Shown here piece by piece: positions 21,529-31,028 of a DNA stretch of 64,000 nucleotides; positions within the stretch are counted from its first letter, which is position 1; each line of letters starts with the position of its first letter. This stretch comes from a virus. The stretch lies in IMG/VR virus record IMGVR_UViG_3300021962_000028, positions 32,001 to 96,000 of that record. The stretch is one strand, 5' to 3'. The notes below the pieces were generated by a model that saw only the letters and a program-made list of their open reading frames with translations, had not been told where the DNA came from and did not search any database. The position numbers were made by a program, and so were the translations under genes.

Positions 21529-21988
21529 TATTGACATACTTAAAATTGTTTTAAAAAATAAAAGAGACTTATCAACCCCTATGGTTATTGATGAGGATTA
21601 TTATAACTATTATGAAACAATCTCTGGAATGTCTTGTTTTAATTTATGGTGTTATAAAGTTAGTGAGGAAACTATTAAATTATCCGATTTAAAACTACAA
21701 CGAAATACTACTACAATGACTAAAAGACATAAAAGAATAGAGGTGGATATTTTAGAAAATGGTTTTGATTATACTAAAGGAATGATAACAGTAACATCAG
21801 ATAACCTTATCGGTGATGGTCATCATAGATACTTAATATTAAAAAAACACTTTGGTGGTGATTATGAAATTAAAGTTAGAAAAATATTAAACGTTAAACA
21901 CCCATTCACTCATCTTTTATTTATAACGTTAATGGTAAGACCATTAAAATTAATATCTAGGTTAAATCCCTTTCAATTTTTTAGATAA
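21515..21988 (+). CDS. ParB/Sulfiredoxin-like protein, tandem paralog
   Basis: ITVTSDNLIGDGHHRY; shares CxxxWCYK and GxDYxKG with the upstream gene. Confidence 0.6.
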   Translation: MSLSNIDILKIVLKNKRDLSTPMVIDEDYYNYYETISGMSCFNLWCYKVSEETIKLSDLKLQRNTTTMTKRHKRIEVDILENGFDYTKGMITVTSDNLIGDGHHRYLILKKHFGGDYEIKVRKILNVKHPFTHLLFITLMVRPLKLISRLNPFQFFR

Positions 21989-22681
21989 TCTAATATATAA
22001 ATCTTCATATAATTGTTGGTTCTTATTGGAATACCCTAAATCCTTCATAGTTGTCGATTCGGTAATTTCAACCCATTCATTAACAGTATGAACATCATAT
22101 CCATCCATCTCATAACCGTCCTTAGGATTTTTCTCCCAAACGCCAACAGTACGTTTAATGTTATTTTTTAAAGTTTTTTGTTTTTTCTTGTGATTAAATT
22201 CGGTGTCAACAAATTCTTCAAACGGTCCTAAGTGTTCCTTTTTCCATTTTTTTAAACCAAGTTCTATAGGTCCATTATATATACCCGCAGTAACTGAAGT
22301 ATCCCCTTCTTTAATCGGAACAGTTTTTAATTTTAGACCAGGTGTTGGATTAATGTTATTACCGTCTTCATCACTTGTAGTTAGATTGGGGTGTTTTTTC
22401 AGATAATTTGAAATTCTGTTTGAAAGAGATTCAATTTTCTTAATTTTGTTTTTTGGTTCGTCCATAGACCCATCATAACTATCGTACTCTAACATTGCAT
22501 TGTTATATTTTGAAACAGGTGTTGTAAAAGGTTCTAAGGAAGTCTTATCGAATTTTCTAACACCAGGTACTAAAGGACCAATATACGACCCTCTACTCCC
22601 ACTAGAATCACCCGTGGCTTCACTAATTGGTTTCTTATAATACCAATCTCTAACATTTTCCTCTAATCTGTCTCTATACAT
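21962..22681 (-). CDS. Hypothetical protein with internal duplication
   Basis: 239 aa; two PIxE...YxGP...G..K..K..L.PF modules. Confidence 0.7.
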   Translation of the reverse strand: MYRDRLEENVRDWYYKKPISEATGDSSGSRGSYIGPLVPGVRKFDKTSLEPFTTPVSKYNNAMLEYDSYDGSMDEPKNKIKKIESLSNRISNYLKKHPNLTTSDEDGNNINPTPGLKLKTVPIKEGDTSVTAGIYNGPIELGLKKWKKEHLGPFEEFVDTEFNHKKKQKTLKNNIKRTVGVWEKNPKDGYEMDGYDVHTVNEWVEITESTTMKDLGYSNKNQQLYEDLYIRLSKKLKGI

Positions 22682-22723
22682 TTACAATTTTTTTTATTAC
22701 TATTATCAATAAATATCAATCAA

Positions 22724-22984
22724 ATGGAAAACGTTGAGTTAAATCAAAATCAACCTATAGGTTCTTTATTCAATACTATTAATTATTACAGTATTGAGGA
22801 TTTAGAGAAGTTCATATCGGGTATTAATCACGAACAAGCTTTATATTGTATTGTTCAGGGGGTGCAAGCCGCGTACCAAAGAAACGCCTTTACAATCGCA
22901 GAAGCCGAGGTTATTTCAAGGTCTATTAGAAAAATTTCAAAATTAAATAAAACTGAAAATGCAACTACTGAAGAAAACAATTAA
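22724..22984 (+). CDS. Hypothetical protein
   Basis: 86-aa ORF. Confidence 0.7.
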   Translation: MENVELNQNQPIGSLFNTINYYSIEDLEKFISGINHEQALYCIVQGVQAAYQRNAFTIAEAEVISRSIRKISKLNKTENATTEENN

Positions 22985-23369
22985 AATCGCGATGATTGCC
23001 CACGATGGTAAGAAGGCGGATATGGTTTCTTTTGCAATGAAACGTCTTGAGTTCTTCAAGTCAAATAATGTCGATGTCATTGCTACGGGAACTACAGGTA
23101 AACATTTAATCCACGCAGGATTAACTAATGTACATACAATGTTAAGTGGACCTATGGGTGGTGACGCTCAAATAGCCTCAATGATTACTAAAAATCAAAT
23201 AGATGCCGTCATATTCTTTATTGACCCATTAGAAGCACACCCACATCAAGTAGATGTTAATATGTTACTAAGAATCTGTAACGTTCACGACGTACCATTA
23301 GCAACAAATTACAAAACAGGTAAAATGGTTATTGACTCATTGGATAACCAAATTAAGGGACTAGTTTAA
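22959..23369 (+). CDS. mgsA: Methylglyoxal synthase
   Basis: IAHDGKK, ATGTTG, SGPMGGDAQI, FFIDPL..HPHQVDV, PLATN. Confidence 0.93.
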   Translation: MQLLKKTIKIAMIAHDGKKADMVSFAMKRLEFFKSNNVDVIATGTTGKHLIHAGLTNVHTMLSGPMGGDAQIASMITKNQIDAVIFFIDPLEAHPHQVDVNMLLRICNVHDVPLATNYKTGKMVIDSLDNQIKGLV

Positions 23370-24957
23370 TAAACTGACCAACATTATACGATTTAGTATT
23401 AGTAATTAACTGTTTTATTATTTTATACACGTCAGGGGTTGTAGTTAATACCGCATTTTTATTATCGACGATTCTTTTACCATACGCAGCTACAGTATCA
23501 CCTTTATCAACTTTAACTGTGATTGGTGTTGTACCTGTTGGTACCACAACTTTAGTTGTAGTAGTTGTAGATTTCGCAACTTTTTGGTTAAATGTAATGT
23601 TACTACCTTTTTTAATTTGTTGAGTACCGTCCTTACCTGATTTAAAATCTAATAATACCGCGTATGACTTTTTATCTGCGTTTAATTGTATTGTTTTACT
23701 CTTAATCAAAGCATTTGCATAATCCTGTGATGAACCTGTATATACTGTTGGTACGTCAACTGCCGTAATAGTTGTTTTATCTCCTGTTCCTGACGAGGAA
23801 CCTCCTCCACCTCTAAGTAATTTACCACACTTATCTAAAACACATATTTCACCTTCAGAAACGTTTGGGAAAAAAGGTTCTACAACCACTTGTCCATCAC
23901 TATTTAAAACACTAACGTGAGGTACTGAGGTATGACATTTACCTGGACCCCAATCTCTATCTTCACCAGGAGGTGTTAAACATCTTAACCTTATTGAAAT
24001 CTCTTTTTTTGGACTTGCGGCAATTATCTTATCGATAGTTGGTTTGTCTTTTAAAATTAATGTATTGTATCTAAAACCACCAATTTTTTTGTCATCTGCA
24101 TACCCTATAGGGTCTAACGTTTTATTTCCCCCTTTATTATTCATATTACAATCCCCACCAGCTTGTGTTGTTATTCGAGTACCATTCGCGGTAACTTCAA
24201 ATAACGCAGCATTACAAGTGTGTTTGGCATCCATATCATAATTAATTTTAATTTTTAAATTAAATAAACATTGATTTTCACCTAAATCAGGTTCAATAAT
24301 AAAACGTACCTTAGTGAATTGGTCTGCATCGTAACCCGCTTTTAGTTTCGCATATTCAGGATTTACCGCTGGGTCTGCACCCGCTTTAACCCATTTTTGA
24401 TAATCCGCCCATCCACCTGAAGGTTCTGTTTTTTGAGTTTTACCAATAATTGTTGTAACCTTAACTTCATCAGGTTTTCTTGATATAAATTTACCATCAA
24501 TTAAGTCCTGTATTTGTTTTGTGAAATAAGCTTGTATATTTTTTGCTCTTGCGTTAGATAACTCTTCCTCTTTTAATGAACTTCCTGTTAACTTACCTTC
24601 ATTATCAAAGTTAGGTATTATGGATTCACCTGCATCTATATAAATTCTAGGTATCAAACCTTTATTAGTTTTTAAATATTCTTTTGCGGCTATTATATAA
24701 GGGTCTAATTTAGGTTTATTTGAATATGTTTTACCTCTCCATTCGTGGTCATTAAGGGTATACCACCCTGGTGCATATAAGTTAGTGATAAATGGACTAA
24801 CAAATCTACCATTAGAGTCCTCAGTAAATCCTTTTGGGACTGTTACTTGTTCAAATAAATTATTTTTTTCCTGTTCCTGAATTAAACTATATTGACGTAA
24901 TATGTTTAATCTTTCTTCTTCAGTTATTATTGTATTTTTTTTACACGAGTTACACAT
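23353..24957 (-). CDS. Hypothetical protein, possible virion/internal protein
   Basis: 534 aa directly downstream of the capsid gene; IITEEERLNIL...LIQE leader. Confidence 0.65.
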   Translation of the reverse strand: MCNSCKKNTIITEEERLNILRQYSLIQEQEKNNLFEQVTVPKGFTEDSNGRFVSPFITNLYAPGWYTLNDHEWRGKTYSNKPKLDPYIIAAKEYLKTNKGLIPRIYIDAGESIIPNFDNEGKLTGSSLKEEELSNARAKNIQAYFTKQIQDLIDGKFISRKPDEVKVTTIIGKTQKTEPSGGWADYQKWVKAGADPAVNPEYAKLKAGYDADQFTKVRFIIEPDLGENQCLFNLKIKINYDMDAKHTCNAALFEVTANGTRITTQAGGDCNMNNKGGNKTLDPIGYADDKKIGGFRYNTLILKDKPTIDKIIAASPKKEISIRLRCLTPPGEDRDWGPGKCHTSVPHVSVLNSDGQVVVEPFFPNVSEGEICVLDKCGKLLRGGGGSSSGTGDKTTITAVDVPTVYTGSSQDYANALIKSKTIQLNADKKSYAVLLDFKSGKDGTQQIKKGSNITFNQKVAKSTTTTTKVVVPTGTTPITVKVDKGDTVAAYGKRIVDNKNAVLTTTPDVYKIIKQLITNTKSYNVGQFIKLVP

Positions 24958-24989
24958 ATGTTTTTTTTATTAATAAATAGTTTAAAAAT

Positions 24990-25019
24990 AAAAAAAGGGA
25001 ACCATTATGGTTCCCTTTT
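24990..25019 (-). terminator. Intrinsic terminator after the major capsid gene
   Basis: GGGAACCA-TTA-TGGTTCCC hairpin with flanking A/T runs. Confidence 0.85.
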
Positions 25020-25040
25020 CAGTATTAATCAAGATAATGA

Positions 25041-26852
25041 TTATCTTAACTCTTGTAAGTCAAATGTTCTAACTCCATCGACAGTGATTTTACCATAGAA
25101 ACGGTTGTTAACCATTTTCTTAGCGTATCTTGTCATAATACCTTTGATAGGTGTGAAGTTAAATGGATTGTACATTGTAGGAGTTAATTGTAGAGGTACG
25201 TACGGTGCGTAGATGTAACCTGTGTCTAACAATGATGTTCCTTTGTGTCCCATTAACACTGTGTTAGCTGGGAAGTAAGGGTCACGGTAAACTTGGTAAC
25301 GACCTGCTAAAGTACCAACTCTTTCAATACCCATATTGTATTGGTCTTGGTCTGGAGCCGCGTTAGATACGTGGAAGTATTCTAAGTCGTCGAAGATAGC
25401 TGAAATCTCAGAAGAAACAACAATCCAGTTAGCCCCACCTCTTAATGTTGATTTGTGGATTTGAGCCGAAACTTGGTTGATTGCAGTAATCAAAGTTTGG
25501 TTCCAATCTTTTTGTGTGTAAGATGTAGTTTGAGATAATCTCTTCCATCCGTTGTAGTCCCAACGTAAAGACCAAGCAGCACCTTTACGTAAGTCACGTA
25601 AAATTTCACGGTCAATCTCAGCCGCAACTTGTTCAGATAATAAAGCCGTTAATTCAGCTTCAGCATCGATGTTGTGGAAAGCCGCAACGTCTTGAGCTAA
25701 CTCAGGAGACCATTGTGCTCTTAATTTTCTTTCAGTGACAGAAACTGTAACAGATTCTAAGTCGAAAGAAACCTCACCGATTTTATCTTCAAATTCTAAT
25801 TCTTCATAACGTCTGAAAACAGCGATGAATGAAGTACCAGCAACTGCTTCAGTAATTGTAGTACCTGTATAACCATCTAAAGAGTCAGCTCCACAAGTAG
25901 CACATACTGGACATTGTAAGTCAACTTCTAAATAGATACATCCGTCTTGAGAACAGATACTATCGTAAGTTCCACCGTTTCCGTTAGGGAATACTGTTGG
26001 AGTTGCAGTTGATGTTGGTGCAACGATACCTTTACCATATTGTTGAGTAACAACTCTGAAAGGTAAAGCCGATGCCGTTGTATCAGTACATCCTGATACC
26101 GCAGTTAAACCTGTACCTGCAATGATATGTAAGTCAGATAAGAAAGTTTCAGTATCAACTTCAGACCCGTCAGGACCCATTAATTTACCTACACCATTAT
26201 CGTAGAAACCACACATTTTAACAATCATTTTTCTAACGTTTTTACCGTCAAATTGAGTTGTAGCGTCAACTAATGCTCCGTCAGACCATACTTGTACAGT
26301 TGTTGTAGCAGTGATTGCTGACCATTGACCTTTTGAATAATCAAAAAGACCTGCAGGATTTAAAGTTGGTTCTGCACCTTCGTAGAATAAATCGTAAAGG
26401 TTTTTAGCATAAGCCCCTGAACCTGTGTAACCAGCGTTTTGATTACCTGGGTAGTTTCCTGGAGAACCAATTGGAGCGTAGTGCTCACCTGATTGATTCG
26501 CAGTTCCACCTGTGTAACCTTGAATTTTAGGTACGAAGTAGAATAATTTACCGATTGGTAAGTTCATCGCTTGTACAGAAACGATATCATTCGCTAATAA
26601 TTTAGAGAATACACGTCTAACGATTGGGAATACAACAGTTTCGAAAGAACCTGATGAATCCGTTGAAGACGCTTCGTTGATTAAGAAAGAAGCTTGGTTT
26701 TCATATAACTGAGCTACGTTCTCTTTTAGGTGACCTTTAAGGCCTTCTAGGAATCCTAATTTATCCCATTTGTTGATTGTATCTTCTTTGATAACTTTTA
26801 GGTGTTTTAACCCAATGTTACCAACAAGACCTGATTCTAATAATGCTCCCAT
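25041..26852 (-). CDS. Major capsid protein (T4 gp23-like)
   Basis: RKLRAQWSPELAQDVAAFHNIDAEAEL, YAPYVPLQ, FTPIKGIMTRYA. Confidence 0.95.
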   Translation of the reverse strand: MGALLESGLVGNIGLKHLKVIKEDTINKWDKLGFLEGLKGHLKENVAQLYENQASFLINEASSTDSSGSFETVVFPIVRRVFSKLLANDIVSVQAMNLPIGKLFYFVPKIQGYTGGTANQSGEHYAPIGSPGNYPGNQNAGYTGSGAYAKNLYDLFYEGAEPTLNPAGLFDYSKGQWSAITATTTVQVWSDGALVDATTQFDGKNVRKMIVKMCGFYDNGVGKLMGPDGSEVDTETFLSDLHIIAGTGLTAVSGCTDTTASALPFRVVTQQYGKGIVAPTSTATPTVFPNGNGGTYDSICSQDGCIYLEVDLQCPVCATCGADSLDGYTGTTITEAVAGTSFIAVFRRYEELEFEDKIGEVSFDLESVTVSVTERKLRAQWSPELAQDVAAFHNIDAEAELTALLSEQVAAEIDREILRDLRKGAAWSLRWDYNGWKRLSQTTSYTQKDWNQTLITAINQVSAQIHKSTLRGGANWIVVSSEISAIFDDLEYFHVSNAAPDQDQYNMGIERVGTLAGRYQVYRDPYFPANTVLMGHKGTSLLDTGYIYAPYVPLQLTPTMYNPFNFTPIKGIMTRYAKKMVNNRFYGKITVDGVRTFDLQELR

Positions 26853-26883
26853 TTTAGTATTTGTTTTTTAATTTTTATTTTAT

Positions 26884-28404
26884 TTATTTAACGACGTTCA
26901 TTTTCGTCATCAAATCCTTCATTCTTAAGAATTGAGGATTTTCGTATGTTTTAGATTCCATTAAGTTAACTGCTGAACCTGAAGCTGGACTTCTTTCGAT
27001 TTTCTCTTGTAAAGACTCTTTTACTACAGTTGCAGAACCTTGGTTACCTAATTCATCTTTTATTGTTTTATAAAGAGATTTTGACTCTTTTAAAGATTCA
27101 ACAGAATCAAATCTTCTTAAGATGTTGATTTTTTCCTGTTTAGTCGTTGAATGTTCTGTGAACAATCTAGTAGCGTATGCTAAGTTTGAGTTGAATACCG
27201 CAACCTCATTTAATTTAGTTCTGAAAACATTTAAAGCTTTTCTGTACTCTTCGTTTCTTTCTCTAAGTACTTGTAATTCTTTATTGTTTACAGATTCTAC
27301 TCTTAAGTGTTGTGGTGCTGCTTTTGGTTTTGGTAGACCTTTCTTACCGAAATATTTACCTGTACCTAAAGTTCTTGAAGCCTCTCCTGTTTCACCACCC
27401 ATTTTGGTTGGTTCCATTCCGTCTTCTTCTTTAAATTCAAACTTAGGTTTACCTGTTCCTTTTGTAGGATTACCGTGTTTCATATTATCTTTGAAACCAC
27501 CAGTAGTCTTTTTGTATCCGAACTTAGGTTTACCCATTCCTACTCCTTTAGCTTTGAATCCTTCTTTTGTTTCCATTTTTTCAATGTCAGCTTCTTCTGA
27601 CCATTCTTCATCAACCGAAACGATTTCTTCTTTATCGTCCATTTCGATTTCATAAACAATTTCTTCTTCTTCACCATCACCTTCTTCTTCGAAGTCGTTA
27701 AATGATGATAAGAAATCGTCATCAGAATCATCGTCAAGATTAAAATCGAATTCATCCGAATTCATATCGTCTTCGTCTTCGTCTTCATCTGAAAAATTCA
27801 TATCAATTTCTGACCAATCATCCATATCATCTTCTTCATCTAATGATATCTCATACATCATACCTTCTTCATCAACAGGAACTCCTGACTTATCGTCAAA
27901 TGGGTTCATTTCTTCTCCTAATGAAATTTTATAATGTACGTCGTCGTTTGAATCTTCTAAATCGATTGTGTCACCGTCTTTCTTTACAATGATACCGTCT
28001 TCATCACCCATAGCTTTAAAAACTTTAAGGATTTCCTCGTCGCTAGCATTTGTTAAGTCAACTAATGAATCATCATCAGAACCAAACTCGAACTCATCAT
28101 CTGAATCAAATTCATCTGTGTCGTCCATTGACATATTATCATCCATATCCTCGTCATCTTCAATGTCATCCATATCGTCAAACTCTAAGTCGTCATCATC
28201 TGCTTCCTCAAGGTCTTGACCATAAGACATATCTAAATCTAGGTTGGAATCTTCTTCAGTCTCAGTTAAAGACTCTTTTACTAATTCGCTGATTTCTTCC
28301 TTCATTGTTGAAGCAAGTATTCCTTTTGCATTTTCAGCAACTACATTCTCCAAACTTTTCATTTGGATAAGTGCCTCTTCTACAAGATTTTGTTTTTCTG
28401 CCAT
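26884..28404 (-). CDS. Prohead core/scaffold protein (gp22-like)
   Basis: Very acidic; lies between protease and MCP; C-terminal coiled coil LNEVAVFNSNLAY. Confidence 0.75.
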   Translation of the reverse strand: MAEKQNLVEEALIQMKSLENVVAENAKGILASTMKEEISELVKESLTETEEDSNLDLDMSYGQDLEEADDDDLEFDDMDDIEDDEDMDDNMSMDDTDEFDSDDEFEFGSDDDSLVDLTNASDEEILKVFKAMGDEDGIIVKKDGDTIDLEDSNDDVHYKISLGEEMNPFDDKSGVPVDEEGMMYEISLDEEDDMDDWSEIDMNFSDEDEDEDDMNSDEFDFNLDDDSDDDFLSSFNDFEEEGDGEEEEIVYEIEMDDKEEIVSVDEEWSEEADIEKMETKEGFKAKGVGMGKPKFGYKKTTGGFKDNMKHGNPTKGTGKPKFEFKEEDGMEPTKMGGETGEASRTLGTGKYFGKKGLPKPKAAPQHLRVESVNNKELQVLRERNEEYRKALNVFRTKLNEVAVFNSNLAYATRLFTEHSTTKQEKINILRRFDSVESLKESKSLYKTIKDELGNQGSATVVKESLQEKIERSPASGSAVNLMESKTYENPQFLRMKDLMTKMNVVK

Positions 28405-28545
28405 TATTCTTTTTTATTTGTATATAAATATTTCCAAATCATTAAAAAACTTAACTTTAATGATTGTTAAATTAAATTTTTTTTGATTCGGGGTTTATTT
28501 GTTGAAAAAAGTATATTTTAATACAACTAATAAATATTACCAAAA

Positions 28546-28576
28546 ACAAAAAAAGGAGGACTATTGTCCTCCTTTT
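28546..28576 (-). terminator. Intrinsic terminator
   Basis: AAAGGAGGAC-TATT-GTCCTCCTTT hairpin. Confidence 0.8.
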
Positions 28577-28595
28577 AAATAATTTTTTCTAATGA

Positions 28596-28814
28596 TTAAT
28601 CTTCAATTACCTCGTCGATTTTACTTTCAGAAACCGATGTGATTCTCCATTCTTGAGAGAATGACTCATATCGTTTAGTAACTTTGGCTTCTACGTCTGT
28701 CACGGAAAAACCTTTTACTAATTTTTCTTCTCTGATTTTTTTAATCTTACCAGTGTTCTCATCAGGTAAATCATACTGAATTTTTGCTACAAAATACTTT
28801 TCGTCCATTTCCAT
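28596..28814 (-). CDS. DUF4494-like small protein
   Basis: YFVAKIQY...GKIKKIREEKLVKGFSVTDVEAKV resembles Bacteroidota DUF4494. Confidence 0.55.
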   Translation of the reverse strand: MEMDEKYFVAKIQYDLPDENTGKIKKIREEKLVKGFSVTDVEAKVTKRYESFSQEWRITSVSESKIDEVIED

Positions 28815-28820
28815 AAATTT

Positions 28821-29549
28821 TTATTTACCCAAATAATCGGATAATTTTTTCATTAAGTCAAGCGATTTGTTTCCTGAATCTGTACTCATACCTGTCGCTC
28901 TTGACATTTGCATTTGTTTTTCTTCGTCAAGATTCTCATCATACTTACTTCTATCATCTGCATTTAAGAAAAGATACGCCCCTGGTGTTGAGGGTGAAGA
29001 CACTAAGTCAAAACAGATTAATTCAAAATCGTCTTGTACTTCGTTTTGTTCCCCCTTCTTAGCCAATGACCCTACACCTCTCGATGAGATACCTAAAGTA
29101 ACTCCTTGTCTTAAGTAGTTAGCCGCCATATCACCTTTAGTTGATACAATACCTCTTTCGTGAAAACCAGGTGAAGTTAATAGTTTTAATTTACCCATTA
29201 GTACATTTCCCTCCCACCACACTTCTGTGATAATGTGTGAAACTCTATCTAAGTCAATTAAAGAAGATTCAGGGTGATTTAATTCTGATAACGAAGTTCC
29301 TTTAGCAATTGCTTTTTTATAGTTCTCCGCCTCTCTTTTTAATATTCGTTCAGGATATACTCTACCATTTCTATTAGGGGTATTATATTTTTGTAATACT
29401 GCGTAGAACTCAAATGGTTTTGAGTGGTCTAATGTATTCTTAGATTCCTTAATAATCTCAGCGTTATGAGTATCCGATGGTGACACATACCCTGCGTCGT
29501 ATTCAATCAGAATTCCCTTACCTGATTCATTTGGTGCTAATACTTTCAT
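28821..29549 (-). CDS. Prohead protease (T4 gp21-like)
   Basis: NRNGRVYP, ELNHP, VSHII, GISSRGVGS, FDLVSSPS. Confidence 0.93.
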   Translation of the reverse strand: MKVLAPNESGKGILIEYDAGYVSPSDTHNAEIIKESKNTLDHSKPFEFYAVLQKYNTPNRNGRVYPERILKREAENYKKAIAKGTSLSELNHPESSLIDLDRVSHIITEVWWEGNVLMGKLKLLTSPGFHERGIVSTKGDMAANYLRQGVTLGISSRGVGSLAKKGEQNEVQDDFELICFDLVSSPSTPGAYLFLNADDRSKYDENLDEEKQMQMSRATGMSTDSGNKSLDLMKKLSDYLGK

Positions 29550-29599
29550 CTTTTTTGTTTACAAATAAATATACCGATAATATAGTATTGGTTCGTATT

Positions 29600-30043
29600 T
29601 TATAAAACCGATTGTTTTTTTGTTAATGAGAACTTGAATGTATCATTATCTCTGAAGTTATTTTTGATGATTGAATCTGTTACTTTTTTAATTGAATTTT
29701 TAATTTCCTTACTTTTAAAGTCTATTCCTACCTCATTTAGGTAAAAGTAACATTCTAAATTTAAAAATGATTTTTTGTTTTTTTGAATCCCACTACACCT
29801 TAAGTCTAAGTCAACAATAAATTTATCGTCATAAATTTCTTTGTCAATATATTCTAATACTGTGTGTTTAATTGACCTTGATAGATTATTCACTTCTCTA
29901 TTTGGGGATTCGATTTCGTCTTTTGGTTCTGCCCAAGTTTGGATGTTTAGATAAATTGATTTTAGGTTTTTCGCATCGACAGTACCGTAATTAACTTTGT
30001 AGGAACGATAACCTGATAGCTTCGCACTTTTCCCTTTTTTCAT
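29600..30043 (-). CDS. Hypothetical protein
   Basis: 147-aa ORF in the head module. Confidence 0.7.
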   Translation of the reverse strand: MKKGKSAKLSGYRSYKVNYGTVDAKNLKSIYLNIQTWAEPKDEIESPNREVNNLSRSIKHTVLEYIDKEIYDDKFIVDLDLRCSGIQKNKKSFLNLECYFYLNEVGIDFKSKEIKNSIKKVTDSIIKNNFRDNDTFKFSLTKKQSVL

Positions 30044-30093
30044 TCTGTTTCATATTGTTCAAGTTTATTTTTTATAAAAATAAGTAATAAATC

Positions 30094-30123
30094 TTGTCTT
30101 GTCAAAAACTTTCTGTAACTTTG
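30094..30123 (+). promoter_or_regulatory. Bacteroidota housekeeping-sigma promoter for rpsU
   Basis: TTG-N19-TAACTTTG. Confidence 0.65.
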
Positions 30124-30138
30124 GAATATTTGTATTAT

Positions 30139-30327
30139 ATGTTAATTGTAGAGATAAATAACCGACAACCATTAGAGAAAGCCCTTAAAATTCTAAAGGG
30201 AAAAGTAATTCGTACTAAACAAACTGAAAACCTAAAAAATAGGAAGGAGTTTACTAAAAAATCAGTTGAGCTTAGAGAACAAAGAATAAAAGCGATTTAT
30301 AAAGAAAAATTTAGAGAATCTCGTTAA
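30139..30327 (+). CDS. rpsU: Ribosomal protein bS21, Bacteroidota type
   Basis: MLIVEI...LEKALK..K.K...T.....L..RKEFTKKSV..R....KA.Y; 62 aa, basic. Confidence 0.85.
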   Translation: MLIVEINNRQPLEKALKILKGKVIRTKQTENLKNRKEFTKKSVELREQRIKAIYKEKFRESR

Positions 30328-31015
30328 GAGACTTTAATTTAAATAATGAAACAGAATCAACTTTTTCATTTTTAATTTTCTCAATAGTTTCTGTTATTTT
30401 AGTCTTAGTTACTGAATCAGATTTTGTAGACAAATTTTCTAATTTTTCAATAACCATTTCACTAACAACATCATATCTTTTATCTAATTCAGACTGAGAT
30501 AGTGTAGAATATTTTTTAATTTCTTTTAACTCAGATTCGCTAATATTATTTAAATAATTTTTTAAAGTACTATTAGCAACCTCAACCATAGTATCGTAAG
30601 ATACATTGATTACGTTAGTTTGGTTCTTTTTAGTGATAAGATGATTAATAATAGTATTTTTACTATTAATAATATTTTCAACAACTACAGTATTTTTATT
30701 AACTACAGTGTCAATGTCTTTATAGTGGTTTTCAGTTTTAACGTCTTTAACCCAAGACTCTAATAATGACATAGTTTTCTTATTAATTGAAATCTTTTCA
30801 ATTAAACCAATACACTCATTTAGATAGTCGTCCGCAAAACTTTTTTCAAATCCTTTCTCTTTACTTAATTCATCGTAAAGATAAAACATTTTACTAACCT
30901 CTTTATTCTCTAATACTAATTTCTTGAATACTTTAATATCAGTATTAAACGAATCTTTTTTGTAAGACTCGACAAGTTTTGTTTCTATTTTTGATTTTAA
31001 TAATCCGAATTCCAT
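30311..31015 (-). CDS. Hypothetical head-module protein
   Basis: 234-aa ORF downstream of portal; late motif upstream. Confidence 0.7.
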   Translation of the reverse strand: MEFGLLKSKIETKLVESYKKDSFNTDIKVFKKLVLENKEVSKMFYLYDELSKEKGFEKSFADDYLNECIGLIEKISINKKTMSLLESWVKDVKTENHYKDIDTVVNKNTVVVENIINSKNTIINHLITKKNQTNVINVSYDTMVEVANSTLKNYLNNISESELKEIKKYSTLSQSELDKRYDVVSEMVIEKLENLSTKSDSVTKTKITETIEKIKNEKVDSVSLFKLKSLNEIL

Positions 31016-31028
31016 ATCTTATTTTATC

